NCBI GenBank assembly: GCA_964635905.1
Contig: CAZWPK010000004.1
Coordinates: 25,012 to 89,011, forward strand
From: an uncultured Pseudomonadales bacterium
GTDB taxonomy: Bacteria; Patescibacteriota; Microgenomatia; UBA1400; UBA12028
Direction: 5' to 3'
DNA: 64,000 nt
Below, piece after piece: positions 18,175-26,609 of this stretch; the stretch's first letter is position 1; the number at the start of each line of letters is the position of its first letter. The notes beneath the pieces were generated by a model. The model was not told the origin of the DNA. It saw only the letters and a list, made by a program, of their open reading frames with translations, and did not search any database. Both the position numbers and the translations under genes were made by a program.

Positions 18175-19484
18175 AGGATATCCACGCGCAAAATGAGCTC
18201 AACAAGTTGCGCCAGGAAATAGGAACAAAACAGCAATAAGAATCCAACCACCGCATTGGTGATGCGATGTTTTCCAGCTTCCTGACTTTGCGGATTACTA
18301 GCTCCGCCCAACATTTCAAAACCGCCCCAAATAATCATGGTAAACAAAATGAGTCCCGAGAAGGTGAACAGATAGGGAAGTGCGCGCGAAATTATTCCTC
18401 GGGGAGTTGTTAAGTCTGCATTGGGCTGGCCATTGAAAATTGCTTGATTGAGTTGGTCGAATGTATAAGCACTTGCACCAGACTCGCCGATGGCTGGGGC
18501 GGTTGGAAGAACAGTTGGCGGTGGGGTATTGGGACTTGCCGGGGCAGTTGCTGAACAACCAGATAAGCTATTATCTGCCCACCCACAACACAGCGCTCCC
18601 GGTTGCGGTGGAACGAACGGCGTATTAACTGCACAGCCGCAGGTTTCGGTTGCTGGGTTGTATGCCTGTCCACAAGACTTTGCCGGACGTGGAATAGTGG
18701 CAGGATCTTGACGTGCACAGTTATCATTGCCTCCATCCAGGTTTAGTGGATCATTCCAGCCACAGCAAATGCGACCTGACGGAAGTGTCTGCGTTCCATT
18801 GGCACAAATACAGTTTGTTGTAGCTTGTCTGCTAGCAGGGTATGATTCTCCACACACAGCCGGAACCGGAGCAGAAGAAGGTTCATTCTGGAGACAAATA
18901 CCTCGGCTATCTACCCATCCACAACAAAAGTTTTGGGTACCAAAATCATTTACTCCACTGCGACAGGTACACGAGGTGTTAGACATTCTTGGAATGATTG
19001 CCCCACAACTGGCATAGGAGGTTGGGGGAGTGGCAAAACAACTATCATTGGTAACTGTTCCGCAGCAGGTTTTGATAGTGTTGTCGGATTCATCGAGGTA
19101 GGATCCATTCGCAGGACAGCTGGGGTCACAGACGGCATTCGGTCTTTCGTTCGTGTATCCGCTGCCACAAGCAATGACTTCTGCTTCTCCAGCGCCCACA
19201 ATAGGCCGACACACAGCATTGGCTGTGCCTTTGTTTTCGATATACCCACAGCAATATCGATTAGGATCCGACGTTCCTCCAGAGTACTCAGCTTGACAGT
19301 CGGATGGACAGATATTTTGTGGTGCAGTATATTCCTGCCCACAGGTACCTGCGTATTGAGCTTGAGCAGATCCAGGAGAAACTCCAATAAACAAGAATAG
19401 CGAAAGAAGTACAATCCAACAATAACGCATACAGCTTGATCCAGTGTAGCGTATTGCAAAAGTCAGCGAAAGAAGAGCAAACAT
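18171..19484 (-). CDS. Secreted Cys-rich repeat protein with C-terminal two-helix membrane hairpin
   Basis: Signal peptide 'MRYCWIVLLSLFLFIGVSPGSAQA'; five recurrences of '[YFIL]CCG[YTW]' in ~55-aa units; C-terminal hydrophobic-loop-hydrophobic segment. Confidence 0.5.
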   Translation of the reverse strand: MFALLSLTFAIRYTGSSCMRYCWIVLLSLFLFIGVSPGSAQAQYAGTCGQEYTAPQNICPSDCQAEYSGGTSDPNRYCCGYIENKGTANAVCRPIVGAGEAEVIACGSGYTNERPNAVCDPSCPANGSYLDESDNTIKTCCGTVTNDSCFATPPTSYASCGAIIPRMSNTSCTCRSGVNDFGTQNFCCGWVDSRGICLQNEPSSAPVPAVCGESYPASRQATTNCICANGTQTLPSGRICCGWNDPLNLDGGNDNCARQDPATIPRPAKSCGQAYNPATETCGCAVNTPFVPPQPGALCCGWADNSLSGCSATAPASPNTPPPTVLPTAPAIGESGASAYTFDQLNQAIFNGQPNADLTTPRGIISRALPYLFTFSGLILFTMIIWGGFEMLGGASNPQSQEAGKHRITNAVVGFLLLFCSYFLAQLVELILRVDIL

Positions 19485-19570
19485 CAGCGAATGGACTCTT
19501 GATAGTGGAACACATGGTCTCTTGCTATAATGAGGTGTTCTTTTCTTCCACTTAGAGAGTGAGATGTCCT

Positions 19571-20428
19571 ATGGAACAGCTGTTTACGTTGATTATTTAT
19601 CAGCCTTTTTTGAACATTTTAGTGTTCTTCTATTGGTTGCTCGGGGAAATTGGGATGAAGCCCGATATGGGTGTAGCGGTCATTCTGATGACCTTAGTGC
19701 TTCGGGTTGTAATGATTCCGCTCTCCATCGCCTCTGATCGCAGTGAACATGAACGCGAAGAAATAGGGCAACGGGCCCGGGAAATTCAAGAAAAGTATTC
19801 TTCAGACCCGGTGCGGATGAATCATGAGCTCAAGCTCATTATGCGGACCAAACCACGCATTTTGATTGCGGAGATGGTCGAGCTCTTTATCAACATTGTT
19901 ATTTTCTTTTTACTGTTGCGTCTCTTTAGCAGGGGACTGGAAGGAGCAGACCTGCATCTTTTGTATCCGATATTTCCCCACCCTCCTACACCATATAACT
20001 TAGTTTTCTTAGGGCGTTTTGATTTGACCCACCCCAATGTGTTCTTAAACTTGTTGCAGTCCTTTGTCATCTTGCTCGTCGAAGTGGCCGCAGAATACAC
20101 CTCTCCGTTTCGCAATATTTTGTCCTTACAGAAGAAAACAGAGGTTGTCAGTGTCAATCCGATTACTCGGACGGGAACGCGCTATGCCTACGAGACGCGA
20201 TCACGCATTCGGTCTCTACAATTCTTCTTACCCATCGTCTCGTTTCTCATTTTCATGTTTCTGCCTGCCGGCAAGAAACTCTTTATCGTGACGACCTTAC
20301 TTTTTAGTCTGTTTTTGATGCTCTTAAAGGCGATTCGGCGTTACTTTATTCAAGCGTTTCCCGCACCAGCCAGTGAACCAGAGCCCATCCCAACGAGTCC
20401 AGAAGCGCCGAGCTCTTCACATTCCTAA
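19571..20428 (+). CDS. yidC: Membrane protein insertase YidC/Oxa1 family (short form)
   Basis: 'IIYQPFLNILVFFYWLLG...GVAVILMTLVLRVVMIPLSI' matches the conserved YidC TM core; ATG chosen over upstream GTG. Confidence 0.7.
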   Translation: MEQLFTLIIYQPFLNILVFFYWLLGEIGMKPDMGVAVILMTLVLRVVMIPLSIASDRSEHEREEIGQRAREIQEKYSSDPVRMNHELKLIMRTKPRILIAEMVELFINIVIFFLLLRLFSRGLEGADLHLLYPIFPHPPTPYNLVFLGRFDLTHPNVFLNLLQSFVILLVEVAAEYTSPFRNILSLQKKTEVVSVNPITRTGTRYAYETRSRIRSLQFFLPIVSFLIFMFLPAGKKLFIVTTLLFSLFLMLLKAIRRYFIQAFPAPASEPEPIPTSPEAPSSSHS

Positions 20429-20497
20429 TACGGGAAATTTTCAAGAAATATTCCAGATCACACAAAACAGTCAAAGTTCGTAGTACAATAGACGCCT

Positions 20498-21142
20498 ATG
20501 GAATTTGATCGCTTAGTTGTTTCTTTTTTGGTCGACGAGGTGGTCGGCGGATTTTTCATTTCCGTTCCACCGGGTCACGTAGCCTGTGTTTACGATCGGG
20601 GGCGCGGGGTTCTGCCCAAAGTCTGGGGACCAGGACTGCATTTAAAAATTCCATTCTGGCAGGTTGCCAAGATGTTTAACGCCCAAATCCTCGAATACAC
20701 GATTCGACGGGGTGTTACGGTCGATCACACCAATAAGGAAAGCTTAATGGATGAGACCATCATGACCACCAGTAAAGATGGACATGAACTGGAGATTGAA
20801 GCCTCCGTACTGTTTCGCATTGATAAGAAGAATGCTCCGGAACTATGGGAAAACATCGGAGAGAATCTGGTTAGTAAAGTGGTTCGTCCCACTTGCCGAA
20901 GTAGAATGGCAGCTGTTTTTGCCTCCTTAACCACCCAAGAGATCAAGGCAAACCGAACAAGTATTGAAGACGCCCTCAAAGAAGAGATTAATTCCTATTT
21001 TCACGATAAGGGTTTGAACTGCGAAGGTGTACTTTTGTCTCAAGTACGCGTGCGCCACGGTGATGACATTGTCAGACCATTGATTGCTGCCGACGTCAAA
21101 TCCATTTTGGATCCGGAAGTGGTGATCCATCAGGCATCCTAA
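20498..21142 (+). CDS. SPFH/band-7 (prohibitin/stomatin-like) domain protein
   Basis: N-terminal hydrophobic segment then 'IMTTSKDGHELEIEASVLFRID...PELWENIG...VVRPTCRSRMAAVFASLTTQEI' SPFH pattern. Confidence 0.65.
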   Translation: MEFDRLVVSFLVDEVVGGFFISVPPGHVACVYDRGRGVLPKVWGPGLHLKIPFWQVAKMFNAQILEYTIRRGVTVDHTNKESLMDETIMTTSKDGHELEIEASVLFRIDKKNAPELWENIGENLVSKVVRPTCRSRMAAVFASLTTQEIKANRTSIEDALKEEINSYFHDKGLNCEGVLLSQVRVRHGDDIVRPLIAADVKSILDPEVVIHQAS

Positions 21143-21167
21143 TAGGCTTAGCACTCCAAAATTCCTA

Positions 21168-21220
21168 TTGACAATGCGCAAGACTTCGCTAAAAATAGCA
21201 CTTGCATTACGTGAGTGATA
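21168..21220 (+). promoter_or_regulatory. sigma-A-type promoter (TTGACA-16-TAAAAT) with overlapping CIRCE-like HrcA operator upstream of groES
   Basis: -35 TTGACA 21168-21173, -10 TAAAAT 21190-21195; inverted repeat ATAGCACTT-N9-GAGTGATAA (21196-21220) vs CIRCE consensus TTAGCACTC-N9-GAGTGCTAA; additional half-site TTAGCACTC at ~21148. Confidence 0.5.
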
Positions 21221-21377
21221 AAACTTCATTGCTCACAGTTTTAAGGTTAATGTACCAAACTGTAACACGCCACTTCTTAATTTCTAAAGTCGTGGTATTG
21301 TATCGGTTCAGAGTATCGTAACAGTAATAGAAAAGGATGTTGGCTTTTAAAGCACGCATCTTTGTAGGAGGATGACT

Positions 21378-21686
21378 ATGACACTATCCGTGTCTGCAAT
21401 TAAACCCATGCCAGGCTATGTCTTAGTAGAGCCGGCAAAATCCCAAAAGCAAACAGAATCCGGAATCTATCTTCCGGATTCGCATGATGAAAAAGCCCAA
21501 CACGGCACCGTCGTTGCCCTTGGATCCGATACTACGGATGAAAAAGGCAATAAGGTTATTTCCCCAGTCAAGAAGGGTGACATGGTCATCTACAAGCAGT
21601 GGGGCGGAAACGCATTCAAACTGGGTGACACGGAATATCAATTTTTCAAATTTGAAGACGTATTAGCAACAATTTCAACGAAATAA
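21378..21686 (+). CDS. groES: Co-chaperonin GroES
   Basis: 'IKPMPGYVLVEPAKSQKQTESGIYLPDS...GTVVALG' classic GroES; AGGAGG RBS. Confidence 0.9.
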   Translation: MTLSVSAIKPMPGYVLVEPAKSQKQTESGIYLPDSHDEKAQHGTVVALGSDTTDEKGNKVISPVKKGDMVIYKQWGGNAFKLGDTEYQFFKFEDVLATISTK

Positions 21687-21694
21687 GGGGGATT

Positions 21695-23326
21695 ATGGCT
21701 GCAAAACAATTACTTTTTAACGATGACGCTCAGCAAAAAATGCTGGTCGGAATCAAAAAACTCTCCGATGCGGTAGTAACCACACTTGGACCTCGAGGCG
21801 GAAACGTCGCCATCGATAAGTCCTGGGGTGCTCCAACCGTCGTCCACGATGGAGTTTCGGTTGCCAAGGAAATTAGTCTTCCCGATCCATTTGAGAACAT
21901 GGGAGCCCAATTAGTCCGTGAAGCCGCCAGTCGAACCAACGATGCAGCTGGAGACGGAACCACCACCGCAACCTTACTTGCCCATCACATTACGGCTCTT
22001 GGGATGAAGAACATCGCTGCCGGTGCCAATGCAATGTTGCTTAAAAAGGGAATTGATCGTGCGGTAACGGCAGTTGTCGATCAAATTAGTGCCGTTGCCA
22101 AACCCGTCAAACAAGAAGAATGGGTGAAAGTAGCCACCATTAGTGCTCAAAATGAAGTCATCGGTGAAAAAATTGCCGAAGCCCTCAAATTGGTCGGTAA
22201 AGATGGTGTGGTCACGGTAGAAGAAGGAAAGACATCCGATATCGAGATCCTGCATACCGCTGGTATGTCGTTTGATCGTGGATATGCGTCCCACTACTTT
22301 GTGACCAACTCCGATGCCATGGAAGCAGTTTTAGAAGATCCGTATATCTTGATCACTGATCAAAAGATCAGTTCTATTCAAGATCTGTTACCCTTCTTGG
22401 AAAAACTCATGAAGTTGAGTAAAACCCTGGTGATCATCGCCGATGATATCGATGGGGAAGCCTTGGCAACCTTGGTTGTCAACAAAATGCGTGGTGTCTT
22501 TAACGTCTTGGCTATCAAAGCTCCTGGCTTTGGTGACCGACGCAAAGCGATGCTCCAAGATATTGCCGTGTTGACCGGTGGACAATTCATTTCTGCCGAT
22601 ACCGGACGCAAATTGGATTCCGTTTCCCCAGAAGACTGTGGACGTGCGGATTCTGTGTCTGCTACCAAAGATTTGACCACCATTGTGGGTGGCAAAGGCA
22701 AGAAACAAGACATTGATGCTAGAGTCGCTCAAATTCGCAAAGAAGTCGATCGCACCTCCTCGGAATTTGACAAAGAGAAACTCGAAGAACGACTCGCCAA
22801 ACTCACCGGTGGAGTTGCAGTCATCAAAGTGGGTGCTGCATCTGAGATAGAGATGAAGGAGCTCAAAGAGCGCGTCATCGATGCCAAAGAAGCAACTCGA
22901 GCAGCCATTGAGGAAGGTGTTATTCCTGGAGGTGGAGTCACATTCCTCCACGCTTCTAAGGTCCTCGACAAGATGACAGCCGACGATGAAGACGAAGCTA
23001 CTGGAATCAAGATCGTCAAAGAAGCATTGCGTATGCCAATCCGCAAGCTCGCTGAGAACAGTGGATCCGATGGTGGAGAAGTCCTCTATCAACTCCTCGA
23101 GAAAAATGACAAGGAATGGGGATTTAACGCTAGTACACGAAAGTTTGGCAACATGATCAAAGAAGGTGTCATTGATCCCGCTAAAGTCGCCAAACACGCA
23201 CTGCGCAATGCTGCATCCGTGGCAACCATGATCCTGACCACCAAAGTCCTGATTACGGACATCAAGGAGCCCAAAGCTGCTCCAGCTGGTGGACCAGGCG
23301 GAATGGATGGAATGGGAATGATGTAA
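21695..23326 (+). CDS. groEL: Chaperonin GroEL
   Basis: 'AAKQLLFNDDAQQKMLVGIKKLSDAVVTTLGPRGGNV', 'AGDGTTTATLLA', C-terminal GGM-type tail 'GGPGGMDGMGMM'. Confidence 0.95.
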   Translation: MAAKQLLFNDDAQQKMLVGIKKLSDAVVTTLGPRGGNVAIDKSWGAPTVVHDGVSVAKEISLPDPFENMGAQLVREAASRTNDAAGDGTTTATLLAHHITALGMKNIAAGANAMLLKKGIDRAVTAVVDQISAVAKPVKQEEWVKVATISAQNEVIGEKIAEALKLVGKDGVVTVEEGKTSDIEILHTAGMSFDRGYASHYFVTNSDAMEAVLEDPYILITDQKISSIQDLLPFLEKLMKLSKTLVIIADDIDGEALATLVVNKMRGVFNVLAIKAPGFGDRRKAMLQDIAVLTGGQFISADTGRKLDSVSPEDCGRADSVSATKDLTTIVGGKGKKQDIDARVAQIRKEVDRTSSEFDKEKLEERLAKLTGGVAVIKVGAASEIEMKELKERVIDAKEATRAAIEEGVIPGGGVTFLHASKVLDKMTADDEDEATGIKIVKEALRMPIRKLAENSGSDGGEVLYQLLEKNDKEWGFNASTRKFGNMIKEGVIDPAKVAKHALRNAASVATMILTTKVLITDIKEPKAAPAGGPGGMDGMGMM

Positions 23327-23359
23327 TCGGATTCCATAACCAAGAAGATCGAAGTTTAA

Positions 23360-23392
23360 AAAGCCCTCAAGCTAATCCTTGGGGGCTTTTGG
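23360..23392 (+). terminator. Rho-independent terminator after groEL
   Basis: Stem agccctcaag/cttgggggct (one G-U) then TTTT. Confidence 0.6.
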
Positions 23393-23406
23393 TATGATGG
23401 GTAGAT

Positions 23407-23943
23407 ATGGCAACAGATGCAGACACAATGAACAGACTTATACGAGAACGATGGCTAACAGACTTTGAAGGGAGAACGGAACAGCTTGTTCTTGATCTGG
23501 CAGAGGATCGTCCACTTGAGGATTCAACGATCCAAAAATGGATTAAAGACTATCTGTTTTTGCGGAGTGTCGAAGAGGAAATGAACACGGAACCTGCGGA
23601 TACAAGCTCCAGTCTTGAACGAAAAATTGCTCGAGCAAAGACAGATTTTCAAACCAAACTACTGACTGAAGAACTACAGAAAATTGGATTGGCCAGTCCG
23701 GTGATCCTGGACTATCTAAAAAGAGAACATACTGTTGTTGAGTCGAATGGCTTGTATGCAGCTCGAAACATCACTCCCACCACGCTTCAAAAGCAAGCTC
23801 TTTCGGTCGGTGGCACGCTGACTACTGCGGAAGCAATCTATGTCGTGCTCGATGCACTCACAACGAAACTGGAGTCTATCGCTAAACCAGATACCCTTCG
23901 TTCAAGATGGCAAAAACTGCTTGTCCAGGCCACCCGAGTATAA
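23407..23943 (+). CDS. Hypothetical protein
   Basis: 178 aa, acidic N-terminus, no recognisable motif. Confidence 0.35.
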   Translation: MATDADTMNRLIRERWLTDFEGRTEQLVLDLAEDRPLEDSTIQKWIKDYLFLRSVEEEMNTEPADTSSSLERKIARAKTDFQTKLLTEELQKIGLASPVILDYLKREHTVVESNGLYAARNITPTTLQKQALSVGGTLTTAEAIYVVLDALTTKLESIAKPDTLRSRWQKLLVQATRV

Positions 23944-24268
23944 GCTTCACAGTCCAAGCAGTCCGTTGCTTCTTCGACAGTGAAAATGGAACGGTACTCA
24001 ACCTTTGTGGGTTGACCGTTTCGCAGCTCCTTGCTTCTGCGGGAGTTGAGCAGTTATACGGACCCGATGGTGCCGTAGCCGCCTTCCAGGAGCACCACCG
24101 CTTCACGCACATTCAAGAGGGCTGCGTTTATCGCTCGGCGTTTGGTCAGTAATATCAGTTTTCTCGTTTTGTTTTTTGAGCAAGGGGCGGTCAGGAGACC
24201 GCCCCTTAACCTTAGGCCAGCACTGTATAGTTGCGAGCTTAAGATTAAGGTTTGCTATCATTGCTCTC

Positions 24269-24877
24269 ATGAATATTACTTCTATCTATTTCCACTATAA
24301 AATTCCACTCAACCTAGAACGTCATATGCTGCAGGTAACTGCGGTAGGGATGTTTGTATGTGATGCCTGGAATGGTCCGGTTATAAACCGAGATCTTATT
24401 CGTTCTGCCTTACTCCTCCACGACATGGGAAATATCCTCAAATTTAAGCGACCTTTTCTAGGGGAACTTGAGGACAATGCTGCGTATTGGGAACAGGTCC
24501 GAGAGGACTATCAAGCCAAGTATGGAACAGATGTGCAGCAGGCAACGCTAGCTATTGTTCAAGAGTTAGGACTATCCGATGTGTACAATCTTCTTGTGGA
24601 AATGCGATCCGCCTGGGAACAGGAGGCAGTGGTCTCTTGGGAAACTCGGATCTGTGAGTATGCGGACTGTTGCGTCACACCCAATGGCATTGAAGGTTTT
24701 GAAACACGGATTACTGATCTAAAGAACCGCTATGATCTCGAAGAAAGTTCAACAACCATCGTACTTCTTCGAAAAAATGCAGAAATGGTTAAGGAACATG
24801 TTTCAAGTGAAGTATTAACTCTTCAGACTCAGGATTTCTCTACTGAAATGAAACGCTTAAAAGAAGTGGAAGTGTAG
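24269..24877 (+). CDS. HD-domain protein (putative phosphohydrolase), tentative
   Basis: 'ERHMLQV...LLLHDMGNILKF' fits the H...HD metal-binding motif; ATG 24269 chosen because the upstream ORF extension runs through a strong hairpin. Confidence 0.45.
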   Translation: MNITSIYFHYKIPLNLERHMLQVTAVGMFVCDAWNGPVINRDLIRSALLLHDMGNILKFKRPFLGELEDNAAYWEQVREDYQAKYGTDVQQATLAIVQELGLSDVYNLLVEMRSAWEQEAVVSWETRICEYADCCVTPNGIEGFETRITDLKNRYDLEESSTTIVLLRKNAEMVKEHVSSEVLTLQTQDFSTEMKRLKEVEV

Positions 24878-24879
24878 GG

Positions 24880-24953
24880 TGTCAGGGGCGGGCTTCGATC
24901 CCGCGACCGCCACGTTATGAATGTGGTGCTCTACCAGCTGAGCTACCCTGACA
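24880..24953 (-). tRNA. tRNA-Met (anticodon CAT)
   Basis: Reverse complement GTCAGGG-TA-GCTC-AGCTGGTA-GAGC...anticodon loop UUCAUAA...GGATCGAAGCC...CCCTGAC-A; CCA not encoded. Confidence 0.7.
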
Positions 24954-25031
24954 ATGAGTGTTGCCTAGTTTTGCCAGACAAAGTACTATTTTATACCATC
25001 AATCCGCCTTTGCGGCGGATTGAAATCATGT

Positions 25032-25099
25032 TGCGGGGCAAGGAGTCGAACCTTGTCTGCGAGATTATGAGCCTCACGTGCAGCCGTACACTACCCCGC
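25032..25099 (-). tRNA. tRNA-like gene, anticodon CAT (initiator or Ile2/lysidine type?), atypical short D-arm
   Basis: Reverse complement GCGGGGT...anticodon loop CUCAUAA...GGTTCGACTCC...GCCCCGC-A; only ~68 nt with a 3-bp D-stem; CCA not encoded. Confidence 0.45.
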
Positions 25100-25155
25100 G
25101 CGCAAGGGTACTATCGTACCACGAAGATTCTCTCTGGACAACCTGGTGTCATGTG

Positions 25156-25539
25156 TTAGTTTGAGGGGGTAGATGATGGGGAGGCTATCTGAAGAATGGT
25201 CTCTCCAGGAAGCTGCATGCGCAGTTCTTCGCGAATGATTTTCTCCTTGGCATAGGAGGAGTTGGATTCCTCGAGTTCTTGAATCAACTGCATCCCTCGG
25301 GTTTCTTCAGTCGAAAGTTGTTCTTCTGCCTGGGTTTTCCGTTCGACGACTTGGCGTACGCTTAGTCCAGAACGGATCAACCCAATCCCCACAAAGAGGC
25401 AAGCGAGCGTCCAAATGCCAATAATCAAAGGATGAGTAAGAAACCGTTGCCATCCCAATGGTGTTGATTGAAACGAAGAACTACTTGATCTTCTACGGTG
25501 AAGTACTCGTCGATAATCGGCAAAAGAGGAGGTAGCCAT
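25156..25539 (-). CDS. Septum formation initiator family protein (FtsB/DivIC-like)
   Basis: Short cytoplasmic tail, single TM 'LIIGIWTLACLFVGIGLI', coiled coil, then 'KEKIIREELRMQLPGETILQI', the conserved FtsB/DivIC C-terminal motif. Confidence 0.5.
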   Translation of the reverse strand: MATSSFADYRRVLHRRRSSSSSFQSTPLGWQRFLTHPLIIGIWTLACLFVGIGLIRSGLSVRQVVERKTQAEEQLSTEETRGMQLIQELEESNSSYAKEKIIREELRMQLPGETILQIASPSSTPSN

Positions 25540-25645
25540 AGTTACAGACTTGTCATTGACGCTAAACCTTAAAATTGTTATTATAAGACATTGAAAATCT
25601 GATCTTTGGATCAGTATACCGTACAAATCAATTAGAAAGCATTTC

Positions 25646-26521
25646 ATGGACGACTCACGGACGTTACTCGAATTCCATCAGCAATTTTTGCAGGACTTAA
25701 AGGCCAAAGGCCGAGCCAGTGCCACAGTGATTGCCTATGGGAAAGATATCGAACAATTCTTAGAATTCCTCCAGAAACGCGAAGGGAAACAACTTCCTTC
25801 GGATGTTTCCTCAGAGGATATTGAGGAATTTAAGAAGAATCTCTCTGGAGAACGCTATACCGATAAGTCGATCTACCGCAAAATTAACTCTATCAAGTCC
25901 TATTTTCGATTTTTGCGCACTACTGGCGTGATCACGGAAAACCCGGCTAACTCGGTTTCCCATCCTAAATATGAGCTTTCAGAGCCTCGAGTGCTGACCA
26001 AATTAGAATATCGCGCCCTCCGTGATGCCTGTCGAGCGGACAAGCGTATTTCCACGATCGTGGAAGTTTTGCTGCAAACCGGGATGCGGATCAGTGAATT
26101 GGCAAACCTTGAGGTTGAAGATGTTAATCTGGATCAGCGTCAGGTGCATATTAAACCCCAGGAATCCCATCCTGGTCGCATTGTGCCTTTAAACAACGCC
26201 GCAATTACGGCACTTCGAGAATATCTCGAAATTCGACCCAAAACACGTCAAAAAACCCTGTTTGTGACGAAAACCTGTCGACCATTCTTGGTTCGCAACA
26301 TTCGTACGGCTATTGATCGGTATTTCCGCTTGGCTGGAATTAAGGATGCGAAGGTCAACGACCTCCGTCATACCTTCATTGTGCAGCAGCTAGCAGCCGG
26401 AACACCTCTGGTGTACGTCAGTCAGCTCGTAGGACACAAACGCATCACCACCACAGAAAAATACCTAAAACTTCTCCAGACTCCTGATTTTCAGACAGAG
26501 ATCAAAGTCGAAGAACTCTAA
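25646..26521 (+). CDS. Tyrosine recombinase XerC/XerD family
   Basis: N-terminal core-binding region 'FLQDLKAKGRASATVIAYGKDIEQFLEF'; catalytic 'LRHTFIVQQLAAGTPLVYVSQLVGHKRITTTEKY' (R..H..R..Y). Confidence 0.8.
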   Translation: MDDSRTLLEFHQQFLQDLKAKGRASATVIAYGKDIEQFLEFLQKREGKQLPSDVSSEDIEEFKKNLSGERYTDKSIYRKINSIKSYFRFLRTTGVITENPANSVSHPKYELSEPRVLTKLEYRALRDACRADKRISTIVEVLLQTGMRISELANLEVEDVNLDQRQVHIKPQESHPGRIVPLNNAAITALREYLEIRPKTRQKTLFVTKTCRPFLVRNIRTAIDRYFRLAGIKDAKVNDLRHTFIVQQLAAGTPLVYVSQLVGHKRITTTEKYLKLLQTPDFQTEIKVEEL

Positions 26522-26609
26522 CCACGGGCTGTTTTCGTTGCTCCACTCCCTAGTCCTATCGACGAATCTTGGCTATAATGAAAGTTCTAGTGTAGAGTAG
26601 AGGATACTT

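Noticed and set aside
22388-23197. 269-aa minus-strand ORF and other antisense ORFs inside groEL
   Set aside because: Embedded in a highly conserved chaperonin gene whose own frame is unambiguous; typical antisense open frames of GC-biased coding DNA. Similar antisense ORFs inside rpoB, rpoC, fusA, tuf, ftsK and transketolase were rejected for the same reason.
24181-24207. Strong GC hairpin initially read as a terminator
   Set aside because: The U-tract lies 5' of the stem on the plus strand and an A-tract follows on the minus strand, so it fits neither orientation of an intrinsic terminator; kept only as part of a possible structured-RNA finding.
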